A stretch of DNA of 55,620 bases, filler included, from Sluysia triapertura (Eukaryota): assembly GCA_046118255.1 (NCBI GenBank). It is 4 parts of 4 records of this genome, joined end to end, with 100 filler letters (N's around TTAATTAATTAA, not from the genome) between each part and the next. Parts side by side here need not be neighbours in the genome. Positions count along the whole stretch, not along the records: positions 1 to 16,525 come from JBJNIA010201819.1; 3 more parts are not named here. One strand, given 5' to 3'. The notes beneath the pieces are model-generated. The model did no database searches, was not told the DNA's origin, and worked only from the letters and a program-made list of their open reading frames with translations. This document shows positions 1 through 10,792 of the stretch, piece after piece; positions within the stretch are counted from its first letter, which is position 1; each line of letters begins with the position of its first letter. The position numbers were made by a program, and so were the translations under genes.

Positions 1-65
1 ATTTCTCATTCTTTTATTTTAATTCAAGTATCTTATAAGCTTATTTTATTATTACTATTCATCAT

Positions 66-2440
66 AATATCTTATTTATCATAATGGATAGAACCAAAAG
101 CATTGCTTAAGTCAAGGAATATAACATGGAGCTCAATCTTCCTAGCCTTTTTGTGATTTAGGAAAGTATTAATTCCTGCATGGAGTGCAATAGGAAGTTA
201 TGTTCCATGCAACATTAGAACATAGAAGCTCAGCTTGATGAGCACTGATAAGGTTGCCAGAATATATCCAGGAGAGAAGACTGTCGATAATTATCTTGGT
301 AAAAATTCAAGATGAGACCTCTTGTGCAAGGTGAAATTTATTAGGTTTTATTATAAGAAGGATAGTAAAGTTGTTCCAGACCCGTGGCATTTTTTGGATA
401 GAAATAATTTTATTAAAAAGGAGGCATAGAAATTTACCTGATTGATCAACGATTTTAATCTGATTTTGTTTGTACCTGGAGCAGAATTTTTACGGAATTT
501 CAAAGTAGCCCAGATTTCTTGTTCAGTGATTGGGTCGTTAGTGCCTATATCCATAGAGTAAGGTAGTGTACCAAGTTGTGATGGGTCAAAAGGAGGAACA
601 GTACCAGAACTGTAGTAATCGCAAATTTCAATAGTTGAAGGACGGGCATTAATTAATTAGAATGCCTTAGATTGATTTTATTGGAAGATTTTATCCAGGT
701 CATTTTTTATTTCCTTGTTTGGTTCAGTGTGAGATTTTTTAAACTGACACAGGATGTTGGGAAATTTTGGTGGATTACAGAATCGTAGAATTCCGAAAAC
801 ACTTCACCGACAGAAAGGTCATCCTTACTAATTTTATTGAAGGATGTGGATGTTTAGCTTAATAGAGTGTGCAATAATATCATTAAGTATTTCCCCTGTT
901 GGGAAAACATTAGTACATCTGGATTGCGCGTATATTGCAAGACAATGTCACAAATGAAGGGATCATAATCAGTAGGATTGGGAATGACTTTATTTATAAA
1001 ATCTTGTTTAGCTGGGTACACTGGTATGCGATCATAAATTTTTTAAGGAAGGGACACGTAACGTGAAGAAGAGTGTAATGGATCGATGATGCAGTAGAAG
1101 TTAGAATCTCTGTTGAAAATAAGAAGAATCCAATAATTCTCATTATTCAAAATCAATTAGAAATTTTCCCAACTTGAGAATTTCAATAGGGGGAAATTAT
1201 TGAGAAATTCTTGTTCATTATTGAACATTACGAAGTTGGCCGTGATGGAATCAATTACTACTGAGTTAGGGTCAGAGATATATGCATCAAAGAAAGTCAT
1301 GATCGCGTTCAGAGATAGTCAATCTGACCGGTGGATAGAATCAAGTTGGTGTAAAAGTCAAGTTAATGGCAGCAGCATGTGTCACCATGTGATTGGAAAC
1401 AGAAACCAGAATATCGAAAAGAAGGGAGAAGGAGCACTTAACAATGACTTGATTTCCTTTAAAATTGTTTCTTAAGTTGGTGATGCTTAAGGTTACTGCA
1501 ATCATTAGGATTAAGCTTTTGAGTAATCCCCCAGGAAGTAAACCGAACAGTGGTATGAGATGAGACCGTGCACAGGATCTGCATATCACCTTGCGGTATA
1601 AGGGGTAGGATGGTGACTTTTGTATCCTCATCGCGAATGTCACTCTTAAGGACGTTAGTGTGTTCAATGTTGGTCATAGTAAATTCTTCCCATGTCTTGA
1701 TTGCTCCACATGTGGTAGTAAACTGGTATTTAGTAGTAAAATGCCCACGGACTTCCTTGAAATCAGAGCGGTTCTTAATAGTAAGACCTTTCATACTGAA
1801 GTCAAGTAGTGAGCATTTAATTTATCCCTTAGGTGAGATAATGATGTGAGCATTATCATAAAACGTATTTCAAGAAGAAATGTATGTGGCACAGTCATCA
1901 AGATCAATACCATTTTCGACGGCTGAAGTAACAGAGGTTTCAGCAGGGACAATGTGAGGAAGTGTCGTGGAGACAGATTCATTGTGGAGACTAATAATTT
2001 CATAGGTCTCAGACGGTGCAGGAGAAATTGTTTGAGGCGGAATATTAGAAGGATCAACAATGGTAGCAATAGGAGGAATTTTCAGAGGTAGAAGCAGTTG
2101 GATCGTTGTCAGTGGACATCACAGGAGGTGTGCTGTTCAAGATCGATGGTTTAGCAGCAGTAGTTAATTTATTAGAATGGATTGGAAGGGTACTGATAGG
2201 TTGAGGTGGTTAGGGAAAGCTACCTCAGTGACGGTCGGAGTCTCAGAATGCACTTCAGCACTAGACATCGTAGGTGCATCGCCAATAGGATGGATAGGTT
2301 GAGATTCCAATGCATTCAGTTTTATGCAGAAGAATGTATCCCCATCAATGATAATTATCAGGTTATGGGTGGAGAAACCATTTGTTATGTATGCGGTGGT
2401 TGTGGATACCACCACTGAGCTATCAGCCCCGTTTAACAAT
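66..2440 (-). mobile_element. Decayed, 3'-truncated non-LTR retrotransposon of the restriction-like-endonuclease group (R2/NeSL/Utopia/Hero-like), N-terminal region plus start of RT
   Basis: Minus-strand translation across frameshifts gives RT motifs in the expected order: DPITEQEIWATLKFRKNSAPGTNKI (SAPGxDGI region, ~460-540), KIIIDSLLSWIYSGNLISAHQ, CCMEHNFLLHSM (~180-215) and LHVIFLDLSNAFGSIHY (~80-135). The CxEHxF and DLxNAFGS motifs are typical of RLE-clade RTs. A degenerate C2H2-like KCSF..F....VSNHMVTH lies near 1375-1440, with a Pro/Ser/Thr-rich region upstream. Many stops and frameshifts. Confidence 0.85.
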
Positions 2441-2909
2441 TTTATTCTATTATAGTCAATATTACTATCATAATATTACATAACACTTTAGGCCTTTAAC
2501 CCAACAATAGTAATTTATTTTATTCTTATACTACAAACTGCAGCACTCATATCTACTCCAATCTTTGACTAAACCCAACTTAGTCATCATTTAAATTATT
2601 GTTAATACCTTAAAAATTATGTATTACTATTTTAATAATAGCTTCAGTTAGAAATACATTAAGCTTCCATTGATAAAATTTTGATAACGCAAATAAAATC
2701 GCACGATTGATATGATTATTCATTAGTAATTCAGGGTCTATAAAAGCATTCATTCAATTATACTCAAATACTTTGATTATAAGTTTTATGTATATATCAC
2801 TTTTTGTTATTTGGTCCGATTTCATATTTTGGATAAACCTCAAAATCCGAATAAATTTTAAATGAATTAAAAATTTATTTTTAATTAAAAATTGATTATT
2901 ATTAGTTTC

Positions 2910-4817
2910 ATGCCAGTAGAAATTCCAAATTATATAAACAATGAAAGACTTGTTACTGCTGTTCGTCGAAATATAAAATCGTATCTAAGATCTTATTTTA
3001 TCACTTATCCGTTTCATATAAATGATTATTTTTATCATCGAAGTTTCAAACAAGATGCAGGTTTATTTGAAAATGTATTTTTCACTCCAACAATATATAT
3101 TTTAACACCTTTAGGCTATGCTGTTCTTTATGATGCTATTGATTCGTTTAAGACTTTATTGCAAATTGGTGCAAATCCAAATGTGTATTGTTTTGTAGTC
3201 GATTGTCCAGTTGATGATCCAAATAAACGGTGGAAAGTAAATATTTACAGAATTAATGAATTAAAAGCTTGTTGTCTTACGACTCCGAATACTAAAATAT
3301 TTAAGTTATTAATTGAAAGTGGTGTAAAATTCCAAGAAACTTTTGAATTGCACTTTAAAATGATCAATTTAGAAGAAACAAAAGAAACAGTAGAAATAGC
3401 TTATGGAATTTGGGAGTTAGCTTGGCTGTTTTGGTCAAAAATGAAACAACCAGATGTTTTATATACAACAACAAATAATTTACTTGATTGTGGAGCTGAT
3501 GCAACATGTTTGTTGGATAGAGTAAACATGTATGTACTTGTAAACAAAATTTTTCCAAATTGTGAAAATTTTGAAAATTCTAAATTTGCTATAAATTTAA
3601 TAAAATTATTAATGTACAATGGTTGCGATTTTGATAAAACAAAAATGATTGACTCTATTTACGATTGTGTTGCAATATTTTTTAAAAGTCCAACATTAAT
3701 TTTTACTGAAAAAAAAGAAATTATTCAATTTTACGAAACTCTGCAAGGTTTACTCAATTTATCATTAAAATTTCGTAGAATTATTTATAGCAAAGGTTTG
3801 TATTTTAAAAAATTTCCTCATGTGAACATGTACAAATTTAACTCATTAGAACTCGCAGCTTTAAAAGCTGTTCGTAAAACATTAGGTAGTACTTTATTTG
3901 CTAAAAAGTTATCTTCACTGCCTATTGATGAAAAAATTAAAGAAGTTATTCAAAGTTGCATACCAACGACTCAATATGCTAATCAAATACAAAATGAAAC
4001 TCAAAAACATAGTAAAGGTCAGAGTTTAAATAAAACTGAAAAAATTACTTTTAATAAATCTGAAAGTGCAAATATGCCAAGTTCAATATTATCAATCAAT
4101 AAACAAAAGTTAGATTCAGAGGTTTCAATAGATAAAAACGAAAAAATAGAAGATGCAGAAATTTCGAAAGATAGAAACGAAGAAATTAAACAAGAACCCA
4201 GTACGGAAATTTCAAAAGTTGAAAACGAAAATATAAACGACAAATCAACTGCAGAAATTTCGAAAGATCAAAACGAAGGAATAAAACAAGAGACCGATGT
4301 AGAAATCTCTGAAGATAAAAGAGCAAATACAAACGATTATTCACCTGTAAATCAAAGCGAAGAAATTAAGCAAGAACTTGGTTTAGATATTTCAAAAAGT
4401 AAAGAAAAAAACTTTAAAGGAGGATTAAAGGAATTAAGCGAAAATATTCAACAAAAAGCACGTACTGATGTTTCTAAAGATGAAGAAGATAATATCAAAA
4501 AAGAATCAATTATAGAAATTTCAAAAGACGAAAACAAGGATTCTCAACAAGTAACTGATACAGAAATGACAAGTAAAGGAAATGTAACAGAAGAACTTAT
4601 AGATGCGAGAAAAAATATCAAAAAAGAATCAATTACAGAAATTTCAAAAGATGCAAACAAGGATTTTCAACAAGTAACTAATACAGAAATGACAAGTAAA
4701 GGAAATGTTACAGAAGAACTTATAGATACGAGAGAAAATATTAAACAAGATGTTATTAAAAATGCAAATGAAAATATAAAAGCAGGTGGAATAAATTTCA
4801 AAAATGAAAACGAATAA
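2910..4817 (+). CDS. Ankyrin-repeat and SOCS-box (ASB-like) protein with long acidic/Lys-rich repetitive C-terminal tail
   Basis: Uninterrupted ORF, first ATG at 2910 (635 aa). Ankyrin motif TPLGYAVLYDAIDSFKTLLQIGANPN at ~3105-3182, plus degenerate repeats FKLLIESGV, LLDCGAD and LIKLLMYNGCDFD. SOCS-box-like SLELAALKAVRKTLG...LSSLPIDEKIKEVI at 3843-3950. A TTAG just upstream of the ATG could be a splice acceptor, so a 5' exon is possible. Confidence 0.8.
   Translation: MPVEIPNYINNERLVTAVRRNIKSYLRSYFITYPFHINDYFYHRSFKQDAGLFENVFFTPTIYILTPLGYAVLYDAIDSFKTLLQIGANPNVYCFVVDCPVDDPNKRWKVNIYRINELKACCLTTPNTKIFKLLIESGVKFQETFELHFKMINLEETKETVEIAYGIWELAWLFWSKMKQPDVLYTTTNNLLDCGADATCLLDRVNMYVLVNKIFPNCENFENSKFAINLIKLLMYNGCDFDKTKMIDSIYDCVAIFFKSPTLIFTEKKEIIQFYETLQGLLNLSLKFRRIIYSKGLYFKKFPHVNMYKFNSLELAALKAVRKTLGSTLFAKKLSSLPIDEKIKEVIQSCIPTTQYANQIQNETQKHSKGQSLNKTEKITFNKSESANMPSSILSINKQKLDSEVSIDKNEKIEDAEISKDRNEEIKQEPSTEISKVENENINDKSTAEISKDQNEGIKQETDVEISEDKRANTNDYSPVNQSEEIKQELGLDISKSKEKNFKGGLKELSENIQQKARTDVSKDEEDNIKKESIIEISKDENKDSQQVTDTEMTSKGNVTEELIDARKNIKKESITEISKDANKDFQQVTNTEMTSKGNVTEELIDTRENIKQDVIKNANENIKAGGINFKNENE
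4491..4736 (+). repeat. Coding tandem duplication, 2 x 123 bp (41 aa), inside the ASB-like tail
   Basis: NIKKESIIEISKDENKDSQQVTDTEMTSKGNVTEELIDARK vs NIKKESITEISKDANKDFQQVTNTEMTSKGNVTEELIDTRE; copies start at 4491 and 4614. Confidence 0.95.
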
Positions 4818-4916
4818 ATGAAAATATAGAGTAAAATAATCAAGTTAATATGCTATAAATAATATTTTAATATTGTTTAAATTACTGTTTTATTTGTGAT
4901 ACCTACGCTTTATAGT

Positions 4917-4923
4917 TATAAAT
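4917..4923 (+). promoter_or_regulatory. Candidate TATA box for the Cys-ladder gene
   Basis: TATAAAT about 50 bp upstream of ATG 4971; AATAAA at 5475 follows the stop. Weak evidence because the DNA is so AT-rich. Confidence 0.3.
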
Positions 4924-4970
4924 ATGTACCTACTCAATGTATTTATATATTTTACTTACAAGTTAATAAA

Positions 4971-5438
4971 ATGAAAATAGCAAACCAAATAAAGGTATAT
5001 TTGGAAATAATTTCAATAATTATTTTATTTTACATTGATAAAACTGAATCTGGATCTGCATGTACTTATGAATTACAATTAACATCAAAAATGTGCGATT
5101 CAAGAATAAAAAATATTAACTTTCGTTGCCGTGATTACTACAAAAAATTAGATACAGTTTGCAATCCATTCATGGAGAGTGATAGGAATAATTGCAATCA
5201 ATTACGACATCAAATCGATCGTTTGTGTTATAATGATGCGAACTCCAAATCATGTGCCAATGCTTACGAAAAAGCAAATCAATTATGTGCGCGAGTACAA
5301 AAAAGTTTAGATGAAAGATGCGGTAAAAAATATTCAGCAGTTGATCATTATTGTGGCAAAGCATATCAAAATTTTGGTAGAAGTTGCAACAAAATATATG
5401 AAAATCATAATCGTTACTGTTCAAATGATGAAGAATGA
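4971..5438 (+). CDS. Putative secreted 155-aa cysteine-ladder protein (12 Cys, 11-residue periodicity)
   Basis: ATG in AAAATGA context. Signal-peptide-like N-terminus MKIANQIKVYLEIISIIILFYIDKTES. Cys spacing 10,10,10,10,10,8,10,10,10,10,10. No stops; polyA signal at 5475. Confidence 0.85.
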   Translation: MKIANQIKVYLEIISIIILFYIDKTESGSACTYELQLTSKMCDSRIKNINFRCRDYYKKLDTVCNPFMESDRNNCNQLRHQIDRLCYNDANSKSCANAYEKANQLCARVQKSLDERCGKKYSAVDHYCGKAYQNFGRSCNKIYENHNRYCSNDEE

Positions 5439-7201
5439 AACATTTAATGTATTTGAATTCAAACGAACAATTTTAATAAAATTGAGTTGAAATAATATTT
5501 TAAATGACAAATTTTTTAAACAGCTTGAATGATTACTTTATTTAATGAAAGTATTATTTTCGAAGTATGTTTTTTTGTATGCTTGTTTTTTGTGCCAGAT
5601 ATATAAAATAGAATTTAATAATAGCGAATAATTCGTCCTGCATTAAATAATAGTATTTTATTCAGGACAATGTATAAAGTAAACAGATTATTACTGATAA
5701 TATTTTTTAAAATAGTTTCTTTATTTAAATATTTTCTATAAATATCTTAAAAGTTTGTTTAAGAACTTCATAAAATTGTAAAAATGTTGCACATATATTG
5801 TGGAAAATGATTTAAAAATAAAACCATTTTAAATAAAATTATATTGCACTTTAAAATATCTAAATATCTACGAACTTAAGTAGCATCTGTAGAAACACCT
5901 TTAAATAACAAGGCGGATGCAAATAAAGTATGAAAAAACCGCTTGAAAGTGAACAATAACAGACACAACAAATATTAACTAGCAAGACAGATATAAATAA
6001 AGTACATTGTGCAGTGGTTCAAAATCAAACTTACAATTTTGTTATATGAGTTCAAATAAACAATATAAATGACAAAGTAAACGTTTTACATATTTTCAAT
6101 CTTTAGCATACATCTTTCAATCAATTGCATCAAGTACAAAACTATTACACTCAATATAACTTCAGCTTCGAAATACATTAGAAACAACCTCGTCGTCATC
6201 TTATTCTTAAGACAAAATAATTTTTAGCAGAATTCGGTTACAGTATACGATTTACAACGTGTAATTATTTTAACTATTAATTTCCTAACCTACGTATATT
6301 GATTTGAGGGTCTAATCTTATTTTTATGTAAATGTTATTATTCGGTGATATAAGTTGCACAGAATGTTTATTCATGATGTTGAATTAATGTAATTTGAGT
6401 TTTTAACCCGGAGTTAACTTATTTCAATTAATTTACAAAGTGGCACTTCAATTTTTCGTGAAAATATCTTAAAGAAAATTTATACAAAGAATTAAGATAC
6501 ATTAGAAATAAGTTCTCAAAGCAATATATAATAATTTCTTAGTTTCATGTTTTAGTTAAAATTTTTCCCCTCATTAAATCGGGATAAGGAAGTTTTATTT
6601 AAAAATGATTTTACGAACTTAACATTAATAAACTTACTAATTTTCTGATAAAATTTTTTCGATACAATTTTTTTAAAAATGTTGAAAAATTTTGTAGCGC
6701 GATTCAACTTAACCAATCACACTCAATTAGATTTTTCTATTTTACCAGAAAATTCTGGAAAATTTTCTTTCGAAAATTTATGATTTAAAAGGGCTGTGAC
6801 GCAATCTTATGTTTATATTGTTGGGATTGTCCAGTTAGTGTATATAAAATAGGTTAAAAGGTAAGAGAATTTAAAATACATATAAGAAAAAGTGATATAA
6901 AATATCTGAAATATGATAATATATAGAGTTACATTTTTATTATCAGTATTAAAAATGAAAGGCTTTAATGAAAATTTAATGGCTACACATTTGTATTTAA
7001 ATATTTACAAATTTTATTAATATTAAGAGACATAATTTGTTGAATATTTATTTAAAACATTTATAAAAAAACAAAAATTTTTCTTTCATAGTTTCTTGAA
7101 CATGCTATTTTTTCTATTTCGAAGAGTTCTATAAATAAAATTATCAAATTATAAAAATCAAAGTCGATAATGATGACATATTTAAAAAAGATAATATTTA
7201 C

Positions 7202-7772
7202 TCTACGAAAGTCTTCATTGAAGAAACACAATGATCCAGATAATCTCTCTTTGAACTGATCATACAGTGAACAAGATGACTTTTCTTCATACTTTACATA
7301 GATCTGCATGAGCTCGTTCAATCCATGTGAGTATGGACAAAGATCTGCATATTTCGCACATTGACCTGATACTGTGGTTTGATACGGACAAGATTCAAGT
7401 TCGTACATGTAAAATTGTTAACTTGGTCATGAGATGATAAGAATCCAAAATTCGAATTAAGTATGTTTGGAGCATCATTATAATTGTTCATATCATTCTT
7501 TATAATATTTGTAAACAATTTAGATTCAATTTGATACCTTTCACGTTTATTTGTTTTCGAAGCGAATTCATCATAGAGATTTTTAGATAAAAATTTCTTT
7601 AAAATATTTTGTGAAATTGTGTTACGAGGTAACTTTTTATTATTCTGATTTTTAATAAATCATTGAACTTAGTTTCATCATAATCATTTGGCGTGAATTT
7701 AGTAGACATTTAAAAATTCGGATAATTGTTTAAATCTGGAAAACTGATACTTTTCATTGATTTTGAGAATGT
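7202..7772 (-). pseudogene. Frameshifted exon(s) encoding an Unkempt-type CCCH zinc finger
   Basis: YELESCPYQTTVSGQCAKYADLCPYSHGLNEL has C-x9-C-x6-C-x3-H spacing, as I recall for the third Unkempt finger (YKTGICIHETDSKGNCTKNGLHCAFAHGPHDL). Acceptor ttttatgtag ends at 7773 and donor GTAAAT starts at 7201. At least two frameshifts lie upstream of the finger. Confidence 0.6.
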
Positions 7773-9046
7773 CTACATAAAAAAGTAAATTTTTATTTAT
7801 CAATGAATTAGATAAACGCAAAAGTTTTATGATTTTCTAATATTAACTCTAAATAACTAATTATGGTAAAATTCTAATAAGTTTTTCTATAATAACTAAT
7901 CGAAAATTTTATAAACTTGATCTATATTGCATCAAAACATTTTTACTTGAAATATTGATAATTTTTTTACTTCCACGTTGAATCTATAAATTGTTACGTA
8001 CTTTTACTTGTACAGTAATTTTATCAGAATTTTCTGTTTTGTGCTTGCGTAATTGAATCACACTGAATACTGACGACAATGTAATTCGTTGACCAATAAT
8101 GTTTGTATCTGTTTTACTGCTACAAATTGATAGATTAAAATTTTTATAATTATACAACTGTCACATAGTGACAGATACTGTTGAGATAATTAAAACACAT
8201 CTAAGGTGACAGTTGGAGTGATTAAATAATCAGGATAAAAATGATAAAATGGCACAAAATTGATGACAACATATAATCCTTTGATACACTAAACATGTTA
8301 TATGAACTAATTAAAAATGAATATAAGAACATGTTCGTTATTCTTTTAATTGAACAACAATTTATTGAATCACTTCTTAGATACAAAATTATAAATATTC
8401 ATAAACGCCCTCAAGATCTACGTACTCAAGAACGTCACATCATAGTATGGTATCAAGGGAACTTTTCCCCAAATCCTCGTAGACATTACTCCCCCATAGT
8501 ATGAACAATTACAGAAAGATAAATGTAATTCGAATGTACAATTTCATTCCTTTTTGAATTTTGTAAAAAATAAATTTTATTTATTTGTTTAAAATACTAA
8601 AATTTTATATAATTTTATATATATAAAATTTTATATAAAAATTGCTTTAATAAACTTGATGCTAAAATTAACAGAGATTTATCGTTTTTATATTTATGAT
8701 TTAACCTTGTACTTTTTGAGCAACAAAAAATTTTTGATTACGTTTGAAAATTTAAAATAAATTTGAAACGAATGGACTGCAATATAGAGAAGTGAGTCTA
8801 AATTAAAAACGATGAATGTGTCAATAATGTCTATGAATGGAGAAAAAAAATCGTGAACTTATCGGGTCAGTTACAAGGTCTTAATTACCTTCATCCTCAG
8901 AGTATTATTCATCCATTTTAAAAATGTGCTTAATGATGCACATGTTATTTAAAATGTACAAGTGTATGAATGATAGACTAGTGATTTTAAGTTTGATGGA
9001 CAAAAGTAGTGAATCTTAACAAATGAGTCATCGTAGTACCAAATAC

Positions 9047-9122
9047 ATCATTTTGACTGAGTGGTCTAAGGCGTTAGACTAAGGTCATATTGCGGAGTGT
9101 TAGTTCACGCTTCAAGGTGACT
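9047..9122 (+). pseudogene. Degenerate tRNA-Leu(AAG)-like sequence
   Basis: TGACTGAGTGGTCTAAGGCGTTAGACTAAGG resembles the tRNA-Leu D-arm and anticodon (TGGCCGAGTGGTCTAAGGCGCTAGATTAAGG). Partial acceptor stem ATCATTT/AGGTGAC; T-arm and anticodon stem are damaged. Confidence 0.65.
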
Positions 9123-9273
9123 CGTATTATAGATTGTTAATGTAACGAGTTACACTCGATTTACAGTCATAGTAGTACTCAGTAGTAATTCATAATTACA
9201 TTTCAAATTATGTAAATGAAGTATCACTCAGGCAAAGACAGCTTCAAAAGTTTAGATTTTTAAATAAACATTA

Positions 9274-9805
9274 GTCATTTTGGTGATTGTGTTGGGTACC
9301 TTTTAAGAGAAAACGATACTTGTGAAAGTAAAGAAGTAGGTGTAGCGAGAATGATTTTTAGTATTTCTCGAGATGTGTATTATCTATTTGATGATGCAAT
9401 ATGTATTCATAATGATTTTAATATTAGAAATATTGTGCTAAAGACAATTGATTTTAAAAATAACAATTTTATTACTCTTGATTTTGAAAATCCATTGATA
9501 GATCTTAATAATTTGATTAACAGTTTGAGTAATTTTATAATTCTTAATGTTAACGTTTATAAAAATTTTAAACTTTTTAAAGTATCAGTAATTTTGTTAA
9601 TCATTTCCATATAATGATAATTTTTAATATTAATTTTTACAAAGATTGTGATGGTTTTAACGATGTCGATAATTTTTCTGACCAACTATGTATTGCAATG
9701 ATTTTCAAAGTAAATGCTCTTGTACATTTTAAAATCTATAGATTGCTGTGTATTTCTTTTAGTAAATATTTGTGGACTATCAGATCAGAAACACGGACAT
9801 CTTAA
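9274..9805 (+). pseudogene. Possible coding exon remnant(s) of unknown protein
   Basis: Open frame of ~100 codons (FGDCVGYLLRENDTCESKEVGVARMIFS...) ending at a GTATCAG donor, with a ~60-nt intron-like gap before a second short open frame. No recognisable domain. Confidence 0.3.
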
Positions 9806-10792
9806 TACGTTCAATTATGTTGGTATGGTGGTAAGATTTGAAAAACGTTTAATCTATTTTTGGTCCATATGTGATTTATGGGCAGTGTTATAAGCCCGTT
9901 TTTGTTATTTTATTTTATGTGATGTAAATTACAAAATTTATAAAGATCTTTATTTCGTGTTTAAAGAGCAAGTTAATAAAATTCATTTTCAAAGCACAAT
10001 AATAAAACTTTCGATAACAGATGTAAGATTAACTTAAACATAAATATTTCAAGTAACGTAATATCTAATTGTAAACAACCAAAATGGTACTCACTAAGGT
10101 TATCTAATTCTTGTTAATTTAAAAATATACAATCATGACAAATAGGTTAATGCTTAATGCCTTTAATGCGGCTTCAACAATAGATTGGATGATAAGGCCG
10201 CATGGTACATTGTCGATGTTAACGACAAAGTACTCCATCTCTGTCGAATTTACTTTGGCTAGAAATCTAATCACATTTGCCACAAGTATATAGTTTCATC
10301 TTTAACATTTTAATTTTTAAACACGAACAAAATTTTTTAAAATTGATCCAGAAAATTTTGGTAACTATTTTAAAAATTAATAATGAAATAAAACGACTTG
10401 AGGTAAGATGGTATCAAATAAAAATTTCTAGGAACCAAAACGAACAACAAAAATTTATAACAAATATAATAGAATTAAAGATTTTATTTAATATTACGTT
10501 TTCTTTTGTTGAAAAGATATAAGAATTTAGTGAAATTTACAGATTGTTGTGTGAAAGATTTAATGTTTTTCAAAGGAAAGAAGAGTATGGGAGAATTTGT
10601 ATGTTAGATTTTGTTCAAAAATTGAAATGATTAATAACATTTGAGAATTTTGACTGCTATTAAGTTATTTGACAATTTATTGTATTGTCACTTCATAAAT
10701 TTATTATAAATTTAATTGAAGATTGAATTTCATTCGGAATCTAATTGATGCATTTTGAATAATTGTAAATAATTTTCAGTCTTTAATTTTAG

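Noticed and set aside
1200-2418. Plus-strand ORFs 1200-1475, 1568-1849 and 2206-2418
   Set aside because: Antisense shadows of the minus-strand retrotransposon.
4896-4970. GTG-initiated N-terminal extension of the Cys-ladder ORF (likewise the TTG start at 2892)
   Set aside because: Eukaryotic context; ATG 4971 puts the signal peptide at the N-terminus.
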